DNA of 63,947 nt, counting the filler, from Intoshia linei (lineage: Eukaryota; Animalia; Orthonectida): NCBI GenBank assembly GCA_001642005.1. It is 6 parts of 6 records of this genome, joined end to end, with 100 filler letters (N's around TTAATTAATTAA, not from the genome) between each part and the next. Parts side by side here need not be neighbours in the genome. Positions count along the whole stretch, not along the records: positions 19,678 to 38,497 come from LWCA01000762.1; positions 38,598 to 58,800 come from LWCA01000703.1; 4 more parts are not named here. One strand, given 5' to 3'. Shown piece by piece: positions 37,741 to 51,299 of this stretch (the first letter of the stretch is position 1; the number at the start of each line of letters is the position of its first letter). Position numbers and translations under genes: made by a program. The notes beneath the pieces were generated by a model, which worked only from the letters and a program-made list of their open reading frames with translations, was not told the DNA's origin and searched no databases.

Positions 37741-38038
37741 CTCAATTGACTGTTATGTAATACGTACAAACAGCACCTAGCTCTGCCGAAGGCACATTTT
37801 TATTATACCAAAAAAATAAATTCATATTGAAAATCTAACTACTATCCTATTATTCACTATTAGCAATTCTTTAAAGGAGTGGTTCTCAAACTTGTTTCAG
37901 GTGGAACCATCATATCACATTACTTTTTAATTTAATATGAATAATTCCATTTTAATTTTTTTTGTTAACATTTGCGTAAAAAATTTTAAAAACAATTGTT
38001 ATCTTATTTTTTTAATTTATTAGACAGAATGTGTGTAC
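37741..38038 (-). mobile_element. Non-autonomous Helitron-like element
   Basis: Colinear with 17342-17620 over about 280 bp. Confidence 0.65.
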
Positions 38039-38047
38039 AGTGTACAC

Positions 38048-38497
38048 TAGGGTGTCAACATTTTACATTTTTTTTAGATTTTGCTTGCCGCTCAAGGCTA
38101 ATTCGGTTCACATCAATAAATTATTAAGAATGGCTCAATTTTAATATATATAATTAAGGATTGAGTCCGCAGGAAGACATTAAAAATTTCGGAAAATTTT
38201 CAAGAAATAACTTTATTATAATACATTTACAATATTATTAATCTTTATTATTGAAAACATTCATTATTAATACTATTTTTTTTTGTTCGTCTTCTATATC
38301 ATATATGGTAATGGCTTTCTTGAATTTCATTACTGCTCTCTCCGCTGGGTCATTAACAAAAGAAGCATTTTTGACATTGGTAACATCATTTGTAAGATAT
38401 TCTTTGTGGTTCATGAATTTTAATTTTGCGCAATTAATTATTATTTTGAAAATGGGGTTAATTGTTGACATTGATTCCCAAGAAATGACCATGGCCA
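38048..38497 (-). mobile_element. hATm-like element 3' end with transposase C-terminus
   Basis: TAGGGTGTCAAC terminus; FVNDPAERAVM motif (VVNDxAERGV in hATm-type transposases). Confidence 0.65.
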
Positions 38498-38597
38498 NNN
38501 NNNNNNNNNNNNNNNNNNNNNNNNNNNNNNNNNNNNNNNNNTTAATTAATTAANNNNNNNNNNNNNNNNNNNNNNNNNNNNNNNNNNNNNNNNNNNN

Positions 38598-39120
38598 TTT
38601 TCTTATTCTTTCAGCTTCTAATTTTTTTTGTTCCAGAATTTCTTTTTCCTCGATTTTTCTTAGTATTTCAGCTTCTTCTAATCTTTTTTGTTCAAAAATT
38701 TCTTGTTCCTCAATTTTTCTTATTCTTTCAGCTTCTAATTTTTTTTGTTCCAGAATTTNATTCTTTCAGCTTCTTCTGATCTTTTTTGTTCCAAAATTTC
38801 TTGTTCATCAATTTTTCTTATTCTTTCAGCTTCTTCTAATCTTTTTTGTTCAAGCATTTCTTTTTCCTCAATTTTTCTTAGTATTTCAGTTTCTTCTAAT
38901 CTTTTTTGTTCAAGCATTTCTTGTTCCTCAATTTTTCTTAGTATTTCAGCTTCTTCTGATCTTTTTTGTTCAAAAATTTCTTGTTCCTCAATTTTTCTCA
39001 TTCTTTCAGCTTCTTCTGATTTTTTTTGTTCAAACATTTCTTGTTCCTCAATTTTTCTTAGTCTTTCAACTTCCTCTAATTTTTTTTGGTCAAGCACTTC
39101 TTGTTCGTCAATTTTTCTTT
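38598..39120 (-). repeat. 60-bp coding tandem repeat (20 aa, EEQEMLEQKRLEEAERIRKI), at least 8 units
   Basis: Visible 60-nt periodicity. Confidence 0.92.
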
Positions 39121-41108
39121 GATTTTCAGTTTTCTCTAATATTTTCTGTTCAATTGAGTTTTGATCTATAATTTTTCGTCTTCCTTGTTTGGGTTTATTA
39201 TTTTCTGTTGATTTTTTTACCCTTCTTTGTATTTTATTTTGTTGAAGTTTTAATTTTCTTGACATATTTGATTTTAATTCTTCTTTATCAATACGATTTT
39301 GTTCTATTTCAAATTCTTCCAGTCTTCCTTTATCCATCAATGCTGATTCTAATTGATGGTGTAATTTTGTTTTTTCTGTATCCAGAGTTGTTGAACTACG
39401 GGTTGACTCATTAAAATCTTGAATATTACAACTTTCCGAATTTATATCGTTTTTATCCGTATCAACTAAAAATGAAACATATTATATGATGTAGTTCTGC
39501 AAATTGAGTCCGAACGCAGGGTTCGCAAATATTTTAATAGATATTTGATAAAATCTAAAAAAAATATTTGATTTTGAATTTTTATCAAGTTACAATGTAT
39601 ATATATTTTAAATTATATTATCAAAAGTTATTATATAAATACAAGACACAATAATGAGTATCTTCTATTTACATTACATAAGAGGAATTACCTCCTAAGG
39701 GGAAATTTTACTATTTTAAGTGGACATTGATAATTCAATTAATTAATCCATTTAAAATAAATTAATGATTCGAGTGTGCAAGATGCGTTTGTTTGGTCAA
39801 AGATGTGTAATTAATACGCTAAACTCGGAGAAAAAGCCATTATAATTATGTTACCTTTTGTATCAACGTGCTTATTGAAAAGTGTTTTTCTACTCTTTTA
39901 AACATAAAAAATAAAAAAAAGTAGATTAAATGTTACAGACCATTTACATTGTAGTCTTACTTCTACGCAACTATTTCGTTATATTTCGGAATTAACAAAA
40001 ATTAATACACTCAAAATTCTCATCCATAATTGTTGTAAATATTATTCTAATTTTAATATATTTCTATAGAACTAGAAAATTATTATTGTGTAATGTACAT
40101 TTTAAATTTTTTATTCATAAAAATATTTTTATCGATTGCAACCCCTATACCTAGTAGCTAGCCCATGTTTGGTTTATAATTTAATAATAATTGATAAATA
40201 CCTTTAATGTCGAATGTGCGATAAAAATCATTGAATTCATCATCATCTAAAAAATTATTAAATTGTAATCATAAAGGCCGGTAGCCTTTATCCATTAATG
40301 AGTTGTACCCTTATCAAAATCATTTAGCTTAAAATAAGAATTAATAATTTTGGAATAATCTTCACGTGAAATTTAAATATATTACTAAATACATTTTATA
40401 ATTACAATAAAATGGCAAGGTTAAAACAAGAACATTTTTGTGTGTGCATTGTAATTGAAAACTTCAGCGTTCTCGAACGGTTAAACCTTGCAGATAAATA
40501 AAAGCATACAATGTTTCGATGTGTTATGAAATCATGAATACATACATAACATTTTTAAATTGAGTTTATTATAAAGCTATATTATATTATAAACTTTATA
40601 TCATAAATAAATTGTTATATTTTTGGTATTTTTTACACATTTTAAAAAATTTTTTTAAATGCGGGAGTATCTCAATTTTACTTTAAAAAATGAATATTTT
40701 TGGATTTTAAATTATAAATAGTTGTTAAATAGATAAATTATAAATTTCTTAGTAAAAATTATAATAAAAAAACGCTCCCGGTCAATGCTCTGATAATAGG
40801 CTGCTGACCCCTGTAATGTACTATTATACCATTGTTAACTTGATATAAAGTTCTGTGCTTTCTTTGTTTATTATAATATTGAAAACTTTCTACGCGTTTA
40901 AAATTTCCTTTAGTTGGAGTTTCTGGAGTGTTTCTAGGCTTAATAACACTAGTTTGAGATCTCTTGATGGACTAAGTAAATAATAATAAACATAAAAAAA
41001 CTAAAAAATTACAGGAGGCACTTTTCCTGGTGCAAAAATTTTCAAATTTTGCATAATGGCCGATTTTTTGTTCATAAATTCAGACTTGTTTGGTTGTTTC
41101 TTTTTCAT
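38598..41108 (-). CDS. Spliced gene for an E/K/R-rich repeat protein; 3' end lost in the gap
   Basis: Exons at about 41108-41013 (MKKKQPNK..GKVPP), about 40971-40845, 40246-40202 and 39465-38598, with GT-AG boundaries. Confidence 0.65.
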
Positions 41109-41884
41109 TTATAAATATTGTATGTATTGATAAAGTTTTACAAATTATATCATCCTATGTTTACTTTTGGTATACAAACATTAACCCAAAATTTACGTCT
41201 TTACGGAATTTAATATGCCAATATTTAGATTAAATGCAAATGTCACACTAATGTCGTAACCTAAAAGTATGTAAAAACATTTATTATATAATAATTTAAT
41301 ATGGAATAATTAACTGTTATTTTTCCAGCAAAATCATTGATTAACTGAAATGATTCAATCAGAAACAATTTTAAAATTATAAATTGTAAGATGTCTAATA
41401 AATATTTTATTCAACTGTTTTTAAACTTATACAACTACAGTAAATGACGGATTTTTAATTCAATATATTATGAACTGTCATTAATGAATATATTTTCAGT
41501 AGTTTAATGTATGCATCATCTTATATTGGATTATATTTTATTTTACAGTTAAATCGCAAACTTTAGAATATTAATATAACAGAATTTTTAAAAATCAGTT
41601 TCAATTCACAGTAGTTTTTCTCTAATTCGTCAATGTTAATTAAATCATAAAAAACTTTTTTAACGCGGATTAGTGATTTCATATATTTTTTATTTCAAGA
41701 TGAATATACACAAATTTTGGTAATGTATATTTTCAGTCAAAATGAATTTGTGATAAAATTAAAACCAGGAAAATCGTTTGATGTATGAACCAAAATAATT
41801 TAAATTTTATGAAATATTACATGATAAAATGGTATGACCACTTGCCCAAAAAAGTGGTCACTTTTCGAGTGTTTACTGTACTGT

Positions 41885-43970
41885 TGCATTCAACCAACAG
41901 TATATGAATATATCGGCGATAAAGTTGCAACACTCTTCTAAGCCCGGTTGACGAATTCCTAAGTAAATATTATATCATGTACTTTAATTAAAATCATAAA
42001 ATAGTAATAATAATCTAAAATCCAAGCTTTTAATGATTTTATTGCTCTAAAATTCCATCGAGTTTGACTAAGAGACATTGGCTTATTCCATTTGACATTA
42101 GGCCATTCCCCTTTTTTTAACATTTTATATGCCAATGACAGATGCTCCAACTCAGCGTAGTCGTCACGGGTCCAATAAGATGTTTTCAAAACATCTTTTA
42201 ATTCATGAGCACTTGATTTATAAGATAAGATTAAATTTTCATAATTACACTGTAAATCTCCTATAAATATATTGAAATTATTCGCAAAATTAAAAAAAAT
42301 TACCCATGAATTTATATCCGATATTAGAAGATTTGTTTATTCCATCTAATTTTGCAACCATATACAATCTAAGTAATCTATCAAGGATGTGTCGCTGACA
42401 TCCAAAATATGGCACATTTCCTAATGTACTATTTCTTAATTTAGATATAATCTCATTATTCCCAGTATTAACCGAACAGGTATCGGATATTATCATTTTT
42501 ACATTGCCTTGGATGTCATATTTTTCAATTATTTCCTTTATTGCCAAATAAATTGTTTGTGATTGACCATTAGGCAAATAAACAACTCCAATGGGAAATC
42601 CTGTATTAATTTTTTCTGTTTGAACACAAACTACTTGCATCTCCATCCCATCAGAACGTTTACCATCAAAATGTAAGCTGATCAATCATTTTGAAGGTAA
42701 TCTTTTAAATGCATCCATGATATTTTCATATATTTTCTAGTTGCCTTCCCAATAGATACATGGCTAGTGCTTCTTCTGTTAATTTTTCCACAACCAGAGC
42801 AGATTTTCTACATGACAAATTTATATTTGTAGAGATTTTTACACCTAATTCTGATGAATAATATCTCTTTTTTATAATTGGTATTTCATCCTCATCTGAC
42901 TCAGAAGAAACACTTGTAGTAAATTGATCACTTGTAAAATCAAAATTTTTTGGTTTAAGTTCATTTTTTGAAAGATGATGAGGTGGTAATATTTCAAAAT
43001 TAGAGGTGCAATATCCTATACCACTTTCTTTTTGAATTTTATACCATTCTTCCTCTATTATGTGGTTTACATATTATAATCTTTCGCATCAAACTTTTTA
43101 TTAATTTTTGCCAAAATATTTTACTTATATTTGAATTTGGATATCGTTTATAATGGTCATATTCAGTAAATAGTTTTGTTAATTTTCTTTTTATACTATT
43201 TATTTGTATCAGTTTAATATTAAATTTGTTCTATAATATAATATTAAAGTCTTGTAAACACAGTAAAAATTTCTTTTGCTATACATAAAAAATCATGAAA
43301 TCTGGAATATTCAATTATCATTAGGTATCTACCAATAATTGATTGAATGTTTGGAACCTTGTTAATTTTCTCTAATGATTCAAATCTAGGAAAATCAGTA
43401 TTTCTCGTAGATTTTATTCTTAAATTAATGCATCTTGTTTTTTATTTTTGGTTGTATTATGTGTAGAGTCGACAAATGCAATTTTTTATGGCACTAAAAA
43501 ATTTCTAGCACTAAAGCTACTAAACAACAAGCTTGACTAATTGTATATATGCTAGATTCCATTAAGTCAATCACTTTCACCAAACATCCATATTGCTCCT
43601 ATTAATACATTATAGAGTAAATGATTAAGTGTAAGTTAAATTTGTAATGAGTTTTAGAATTTCAAACAAAATTTTGTAAAATACTCAAATTAACTAAGTT
43701 CACTCAATAAAAGACATGTGATACATGATGCTTTTAAGAAATAAAATAACAGATATTTATTATATTTGATTAGAGTAATTAATAATAAAAATAAACTTAG
43801 AGTCAAGGTTACGTAAAATATTTGAAAAATATTTATGAAATCTTCTTTGTTCGGCCTGGCTAATGTTTTTGAAAAACTAAAACTTAAAAAGACTACCATC
43901 GTATTTATACATCCATTACTCATACTGTGTGCCCATGGATTTTTAATTTTGTAAAAAAGTTAACACCCTA
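41885..43970 (-). mobile_element. hATm-like transposon 5' part with a decayed transposase
   Basis: TAGGGTGTTAAC terminus at 43970; motifs ISLHFDGK, ISDTCSVNTG, GCQRHILD, RDDYAEL, TRWNFRAIKSLK. Confidence 0.8.
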
Positions 43971-44782
43971 ATGTATATGTGTATGTATGTATTAATTTTT
44001 GGTAAAATGAGATTTTTTCCTTAAGGGTTGGTAAAATTTTCTTTTTTTTCATAAGATTTTTCTAAATTGAATAAAATATGCTAAAAATTTATTATTCACC
44101 CCAATCATCTAAAAGTTTCGTATACACCCCCTAATAAAATTATTCCCCTTGAGGTGACCTATCACTCCATGAGAAGAACTGCTGTATTTGATTAAATTTT
44201 ATTTAGAAAAATGCGGCCTTATTAATTTTTTTGGGAGGTTAGTACGCCCTTCGAACAGTAAATGCTTCCCCACCTTTGTTTTAAATTCAAGGACTCATTT
44301 GATTTCTAAAAAAAAGATAATGGGTTTTTGATCAGAAAGATGTAATTTTCTGATTTTTAAATTTATCTTACCTTGTTACCGGAAAAATGTGACTTGGAAT
44401 TTGTGTTTATTAAAATTCTAGTATACTTAGTTATTGAAAATTATGATAACACACAGACAAGAGTTTTATATACATTTCTTACAGGCGCATTTTTTAAAAA
44501 AATAATAATATACAATAAAAAAATAAAAATCTATGAAGCGGACCCCCATAACATAATGTATATGTCGGCTTAGATAATTAAAATATCTTTACCAAATCTC
44601 AGATTTTTTCTGAGTTTATTATATCTAATAAAGCCGAACTTACACCACCCAAGAGTTATCCTATAATTTTTAAAGAGGGCATATTTGACTATCTGTAATT
44701 TATGATTATGTCTTCAAATAATAAAAATGTATATATTTAATACATTGGTATAACAAAATAGAAAATTATATCAAAGCATAAA

Positions 44783-45554
44783 TTAATATAAGCTAGTTTT
44801 TTTCATTATTCTTATAAAATCGCTTTCGTTGATTTCATTATCTCCGTCCCTATCAGCCTCATCAATCATCTCCTAAAAATAAATAATTAAATCAATACAT
44901 AACATAACATATTTCTACTTTGTTATCAAAGGATTCAGATATACTTTACTGATTTTAATTGGATTTATCGATAAAAAATCTCATACAGTATAAATATAAA
45001 ATACTTGAATCTCCTCATCAGTCAGATTTTCACCCAATTCTTTAGCTACTCGTTTTAAATTTCTAAAAGAAATTTTTCCCGTTTCATCATCATCAAACAA
45101 TCTAAATGCTTTAAGAATTTCCTCTTTCGTATCCTTTTCACTCATTTTTTTAGTCATAATTTTCAAAAAATCTTGGAAATCAATTGAACCTAACATATAA
45201 ATGATTATTACCAAAAGATTATAATATAAAAAATACCAGAATTTGCATCAATACTACTAAGCATTTTTTTTATTTCTTCCTTTTTAGGTTCAAATCCCAA
45301 GGCTCGCATTGCAACCTATTTTAAATTATAATGCTAGAAATTTAAATAAATACTTTTAGCTCTTTAGTATCTATATTTCCAGTTCCATCTGAATCAAAAA
45401 GATCAAAAGCTTCTCGAATTTCTTGTTTCTGATCTTCAGTTAATTCTGGTTTCACTTCATCTGCTCTTTTACGTCTATTAGCTCCTCCAGCAACAGTCTT
45501 TCTAGCATTTTCTGTAGACTAAACCATGTATAACACCATAAAAATAATTACCAT
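44783..45554 (-). CDS. CETN2: Centrin (CETN1/2 type), 5 exons, ATG-only first coding exon
   Basis: [31 protein letters not shown]|[14 protein letters not shown]...[33 protein letters not shown]...MKKTSLY. Confidence 0.97.
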
Positions 45555-45708
45555 TATAAAATAAAATTTATAAATATTTATAGATCTCCAATACGGGGAT
45601 AGTAACCATCAACAGTGATATATTTTTAAATTGACATGTTACTAAAATATTCTATGACAATGTAACTAGTAAAGTAATTAGAAGTAAACCTTATTTTAAT
45701 ATTTGAAT
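45555..45708. promoter_or_regulatory. Putative bidirectional promoter, centrin / DNAJC19
   Basis: Only 154 bp between the divergent ATGs. Confidence 0.55.
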
Positions 45709-46201
45709 ATGGTAATTTTTATTAAATGTATAATTCAATTTTCTAGTCGCTTATATCATTTGGGTTAGCATTAGGAGTTATTGGTATAGCAGGTATTTTC
45801 TATATTATCGATAATGTTTAAATCAAAGTTTAGGCAGATATGTCATGAAACAATACAAACTTAAACCACTACCAACCTTATTTAAGGTAATTTAAAAAAC
45901 ATTTCTAAAATAATTTCATTTAAGAATTACAATAAACATTACCGAGGCGGTTTTGATGCCAAAATGTCAAAACGCGAAGCTTGTTTGATATTAGGAATTA
46001 GGTATATAAAATATTCATTTATTCTAAATTTTAGTCAAAACGCTTCCAAAGATAAAATACGAAATGCACACAAAAGAATAATGATAAGTAATCATCCTGA
46101 TCGAAGTAACTATACAGTGTAATACATTACAATTATAATTAGATGGATCTTTATATCTAGCCTCGAAAATCAATGAAGCAAAAGAAATGTTGAAAATATA
46201 A
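45709..46201 (+). CDS. DNAJC19: Mitochondrial import motor J-protein Pam18/Tim14, 6 exons
   Basis: M|[15 protein letters not shown]|GRYVMK...[21 protein letters not shown]|[24 protein letters not shown]|[17 protein letters not shown]. Confidence 0.95.
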
Positions 46202-46268
46202 AAATTGAATATGTACATTTTTATTACACTTTTTTTTAAATTTAACCGGATATATCGGCAAATTTTCA

Positions 46269-48609
46269 TCAATTATTTGTCTCATCATTTAAAAAGAAAG
46301 TTGACCAAATAGAATCTGAATATTCTACATTGGAAGACGTGTCTGGTGATTGAATTTGATATGTTTTTGTATCTAATTTCATTTCAACGTCCGAGTGCCT
46401 ATTAGAGAAATGATGATTCATACATTTAATATTTGATGAGTTGTAATCGCACAATTTACAGCTATAATGAATGCAACAACTTTTTTTGTGTCGCTTTAAT
46501 AAAAAATCTCTTGAAGTTGAATATCCACATAAATTGCACTTGAAATTCTTTAGTGATAAATGAGTTCTTCGGTGATTTTGGTATCGTGCTAAAAATAAAA
46601 TAATACTTAAATCAGTGATTCCCACACTTTTTTCACGGTGGACCGGTAATTAATTATAAAATTTATCCAGGACCATTAAAGCGAAGTTAATATGCAACAT
46701 TAAAAAAAATTTCAAATTTTTGTTCCCGGACCGGTGTTTGGGAAACACTGACTTAAATTATAATATTACAATAAATAAAGGTAGACAAACTAATTTTAAA
46801 CATTTCAATTCACCCGAAAATAAAATTATAAGCTTTACAAAAGGATTTATAACAACGTTGAAATTTAAAAATCGCCCAAGTTGGGAAGCTCTGCGTTAAA
46901 GCAACATTGTGCATTGCCAAACATAAAAATTATGGATATTAATGGATGGAGCGGCGATAGAAGAATATTAAAAAAATGTGACAAAAGCAATATCCATTTA
47001 ATTAATATTTCCGTCTATATCAGGTTTCAGTAAATTTTAATATAGTTATAATTATGGGGAAATAATTCTATTAACTAAAACTTATGTACTGAATGTCACG
47101 TTCGTAAAATGGGCATAACAAAATCGACGCTGATTTTTGTTCGTAATTTTACTGCCCAAAATATTAAATAAAAAATGTTAATTAAATCAATATGCGAATT
47201 GAACTATTATTTTAATTTATGTTTATGAATTTTATTTAAAAATGTCAGGTAAACGTGTAAAAACGTGTCCGTTCTATACCTCTGATTATCCGACATTTTT
47301 TACATACAAAAATAGTATCCATTTTAACCAAACTTTTATGGAAAATTGAGTTTTATCAATCCTTTAGAAAAAAATTATCTAGGCTTGATTAAATTTGGGT
47401 TTTCCCATAGTTTTTGTATGAAATTTATATCAGGATTTACACAAAGTGTATATTTCTTATTATATTTGATGTTATTCTTAGTGTTTAAAGTTACCCGTCA
47501 CCCTATGAGAAGCACTGACATACAAAATGATATTAACGAACCTCAGGCTGCAAACAGGGCACTGATAGCGTATTAATTTTATTCACAGTTAATTTAATTA
47601 TAACACTGCAGTGTAGCCCAAGGCACAGAAATTTCGCTGAGTGTGGTATTATTATTACAAAATTTAATGTTTTTATATAGCTTAAAATTCTGGTGGGGCT
47701 GCAGCCCTTAATGACGAGCCGCCACTGATACCTCTTAAAATAATTTTAACTACACCCTCATATACACATGAATGAATACCCCATTACTAAAAAAGGTTTC
47801 GCATCACCATTCTATAATGATTAAAAATATAAACCAGAATTTGAGAAAAGTTTGTTACAAAACGAACATTTGATATTTTCAACATTATGAATTTTTCCGT
47901 GTCGAATTAATAAAGATTTATCAATGGTAGAATATTTGCAGTCATCACAATTGTACACTATTTTATCTGAAATGTTAATTTTATGTTTAGAAAATAAATG
48001 TCTTTCAAGATCGATATTTGAATAATATTCGCAATGACATATGGTACATTGTAAACATTTGGTGAAATCATTATGTTTCGATATACTATGACATGTCAAA
48101 AATTTTCTGGAATTGAACAATTGGGAGCATTTGTCACATTTAAAAACCCTTTCACAGTAGTTTTCATTGAATTTGCAATTTCTATGGTGTAAATACAGTG
48201 AAGATTTAGCCAACTTTTTACCACAAAATTTACAGGGCATTTTTTTTTTATCGTGACTATCTTTGTGAGATTGAATGACAGTTTGAATAATGGTGGAAAA
48301 TTCACATTGATCACAATTCAATACATTAACATAAGGTGGAGTAGGGAAATTGTGAATGGATATAAGATGATTCAGAATGTACCAAATACAGTGAGAGTAG
48401 AGAATATTCGAACCAAGCTTGAATTTTCGAGAACATTGTGGACATAGACTAAACAAGCAATCTTCGGTTTGACCATTATTTTCAACTTTTTCAACAAATG
48501 TGTGAGCTGATTTAAAATGTTTAATCCATTGTTTTTTATTGAATTGAGAATTTAAGCTGCACAAAAAACAAGAATAAATATCAAGTTTATCCGACACCTC
48601 TGTCGACAT
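46269..48609 (-). CDS. Multi-C2H2 zinc-finger protein, 2 exons (intron about 46589-47834)
   Basis: About 10 CxxC...HxxxH units; the splice joins CSFCNKLFSNS|ARYQNHRRTH into a complete finger. Confidence 0.9.
46613..46750. mobile_element. hAT MITE (138 bp)
   Basis: TIR CAGTG(A/T)TTCCCA and perfect 8-bp TSD ACTTAAAT. Confidence 0.92.
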
Positions 48610-48951
48610 TTTAAACAGTTATCAAAATGTTGAAATGAATTTAACGTTTATTTTGTTTGTTCTTTATGTTTCTCAGTTACGAAATTAATTACATGCTGCA
48701 TATGTGTTGTAATATAATGGAATATTTAATTAAAATTCTAGAACAACTGAATTAATAGTTGAATTTTGATACATTTATTAGTATGCATCGATATGATAGT
48801 ATGACGGATTAAATACATGACATATTTGATTAATACAGGATATGTTATAAATTAATTTAAATTTTGTATCAATATGCCCCAATGGAATTTGCAATTTCGA
48901 TTATTTAGCAACAAATTATCTATTTATTACGAAACTTTATTAGTAAAATAA

Positions 48952-49407
48952 ATGGAGAATAAAAAGGAAGATGAACAAATAGAACAGGTAAATTTTAACA
49001 AAAAATTGCAAATGTTTCAAACAGCCCAAGATTCAAAAATAGCTCATGAACTAAGTATACATTTTATTAAAAATAATACCGAAGATAATCGTAAAAAGCG
49101 AAAATTAGCAAATTTAAATCTAAAAATTTCCAAGCAATATATAAATAACAATTTTTCTGAGGAAGAATTAAAAGAGTCTATAGGATTGGAAAAGAAAAAA
49201 TCAGTCAAAATTAATGATATCCGAAACCATAAAAAGTATGTTGTAATTCTCAGCGAAAAAATTCAGCTCATTAAATACAAAATTATGAAATTTCAAAAAA
49301 ATGCTGAAATCTCAGAAAGTACTACCCAGAATGATTTACAATTAGCGCAACTTTACAATGATCTCGAACAAGCCACTTTAGAATATAATACCTTAAATAA
49401 TATTTAA
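48952..49407 (+). CDS. 151-aa helical/coiled-coil protein, unknown
   Basis: Intact ORF between flanking genes; no recognised domain. Confidence 0.6.
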   Translation: MENKKEDEQIEQVNFNKKLQMFQTAQDSKIAHELSIHFIKNNTEDNRKKRKLANLNLKISKQYINNNFSEEELKESIGLEKKKSVKINDIRNHKKYVVILSEKIQLIKYKIMKFQKNAEISESTTQNDLQLAQLYNDLEQATLEYNTLNNI

Positions 49408-49430
49408 TGGTCAACATAATAAATGTTTCA

Positions 49431-50204
49431 TTATGCAATTTTTTCTTTTATGGTATCGTATAGTGTTTGTATCCCTAATCCTGATATTGCACTGGTTTCG
49501 ATTATTTTATAAGCAAAATTCATGGATTGAAAATTTATTCTAGCTTCCAATTCTGCTGAACTCAGGGCTAAATGTATAAATTGTTTTAAATTCGACCTTG
49601 ATAGTAAATAAATACCGGAGCCTATATCCTGTTTGTTAGCTAATATAATAATGAATTTATTCTAAAATTACTTAAAAATAGAATTATAATTATACCATGG
49701 CATGGGTATTGGAAGCCATTTGTTTAAGGATATTTGAAATTTCACTAAATCTTTTCACATCAACGGCATCAATAACAAATATAAAACAAAACGATGTTTC
49801 AAATTGGTATGACCAGTATCTTCTTAATCTAAAATAGAATACTAATTTAATAACTCGCATGTTAATCCATTACGATTCATTCCCAGGACAATCCTAAAAA
49901 ATTAAAGATTAAACATGTTGGAAACACATTGATACCCAAAAACTAATTTTTTTATTTCCTATGTTTTTGTATAGTACATCTACTGATTTTGTAGGAGTTG
50001 TTTTTATTGCATCAGATCTATTACAGGTACCTAATTGAATTGTCAACTATTTCAAGTCTATTATCCTAAAATACCTGCTAGTAATTTTATAATTGCTAAA
50101 AATAACTTGAAAGCAGTACATTTTAAATTACCTGTTTTTCCTGCATTATCCAGTCCGATTGTGGTAACATCTACACCTTGTTTTTTACAACATAAGCAAA
50201 ACAT
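49431..50204 (-). CDS. ARF-like small GTPase (ARL13/ARL15-like), 7 exons
   Basis: MFCLCCKK, GLDNAGKT (G1), PT (G2), WDCPGNE (G3), ILANKQD (G4), ETSAISGLG (G5). Confidence 0.9.
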
Positions 50205-51299
50205 TCTAAGAATTATTTACTATGCTTCTAAATGACCATAAATATTTTATATTGTTCAGTTTTGTTTGTCAATAATACTCTGCTAACATTTGCTCGATAA
50301 AGTTGATATTGCACATAAAATATTGATTGAATTGTTCCAATTTAATTTATCTTTGTGTCACGTGGGCCCTATTAATGTGCGCCATTATTGTTCTAATTAA
50401 ATTAATATTTACACAGAGCAAAATTATACATTTCAAAAATAACAAGGATGATAATGATTGATTTTTCCAATTCATGTTTATAAAACGAATTATATTAAAT
50501 GAATCCTCAAATTTACATTTCATTATTGTAATATGCCGAAAATATAAAATAAATTATTTTTTCGACGAGTCTCATAAATTTTCAATAGTTTTTGAATGAA
50601 CAAAATTTAATGAAAATCAATAACCCTGAATAATTAATTCTCTAGTTTAATTATCAGTTTCTATTTTATCAATGAGTTTAACTAAAAGCAATGTCGAATC
50701 AACATTGTCGATATTGAAAGTTTATAAACACGCAACTCAGTTATATAACAATAGTTTACGGGCACTGAGAAGTTAACGGCGTACCTTGTATATACAGAAA
50801 TTTCTATATTTTGTATAGTACCAATAGTATCCCGTACCGCGATCAGTGCTTACGAGAATTCTCATTTTGTATATTTGAGTCATATTTCTAAATATTCTGA
50901 AAATAGACAAGTAAAAAACCTAAATGTATTAAAACCAATAAGTTACTGGTATAATTTTGCCATTATCGAATTTTTTCTAAATATAATGCAACAGTTGCAC
51001 GGAAAAATAATTTCGTACGTTGTATTTTAAATGAAAGTATTTTTTTGTTGACATTGCGCCGTCTTGCTTGTACAGTGTACACGTAGCATATTTTGATATT
51101 ATTTTTCTATATATATCTAAATATTTTATATGGTGTTTATATACTGTATACTGTAATTAATAGTACTGTACTGTTTAATAATAATTTATAATAACTATAT
51201 TTATTTTCTTTAATGTGAAATATGAGGTTGCATTTTAGGCTAAAATGCAAAATTTAGCTACAATTAATTAATATCCTGGTTAGTATATGCGATAAGGCG

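Noticed and set aside
38745-39122. Plus-strand Ser/Ile/Phe-rich ORF (also 7227-7538, 13900-14193, 53086-53289, 56128-56499, 61651-62019)
   Set aside because: Antisense shadows of real coding exons.
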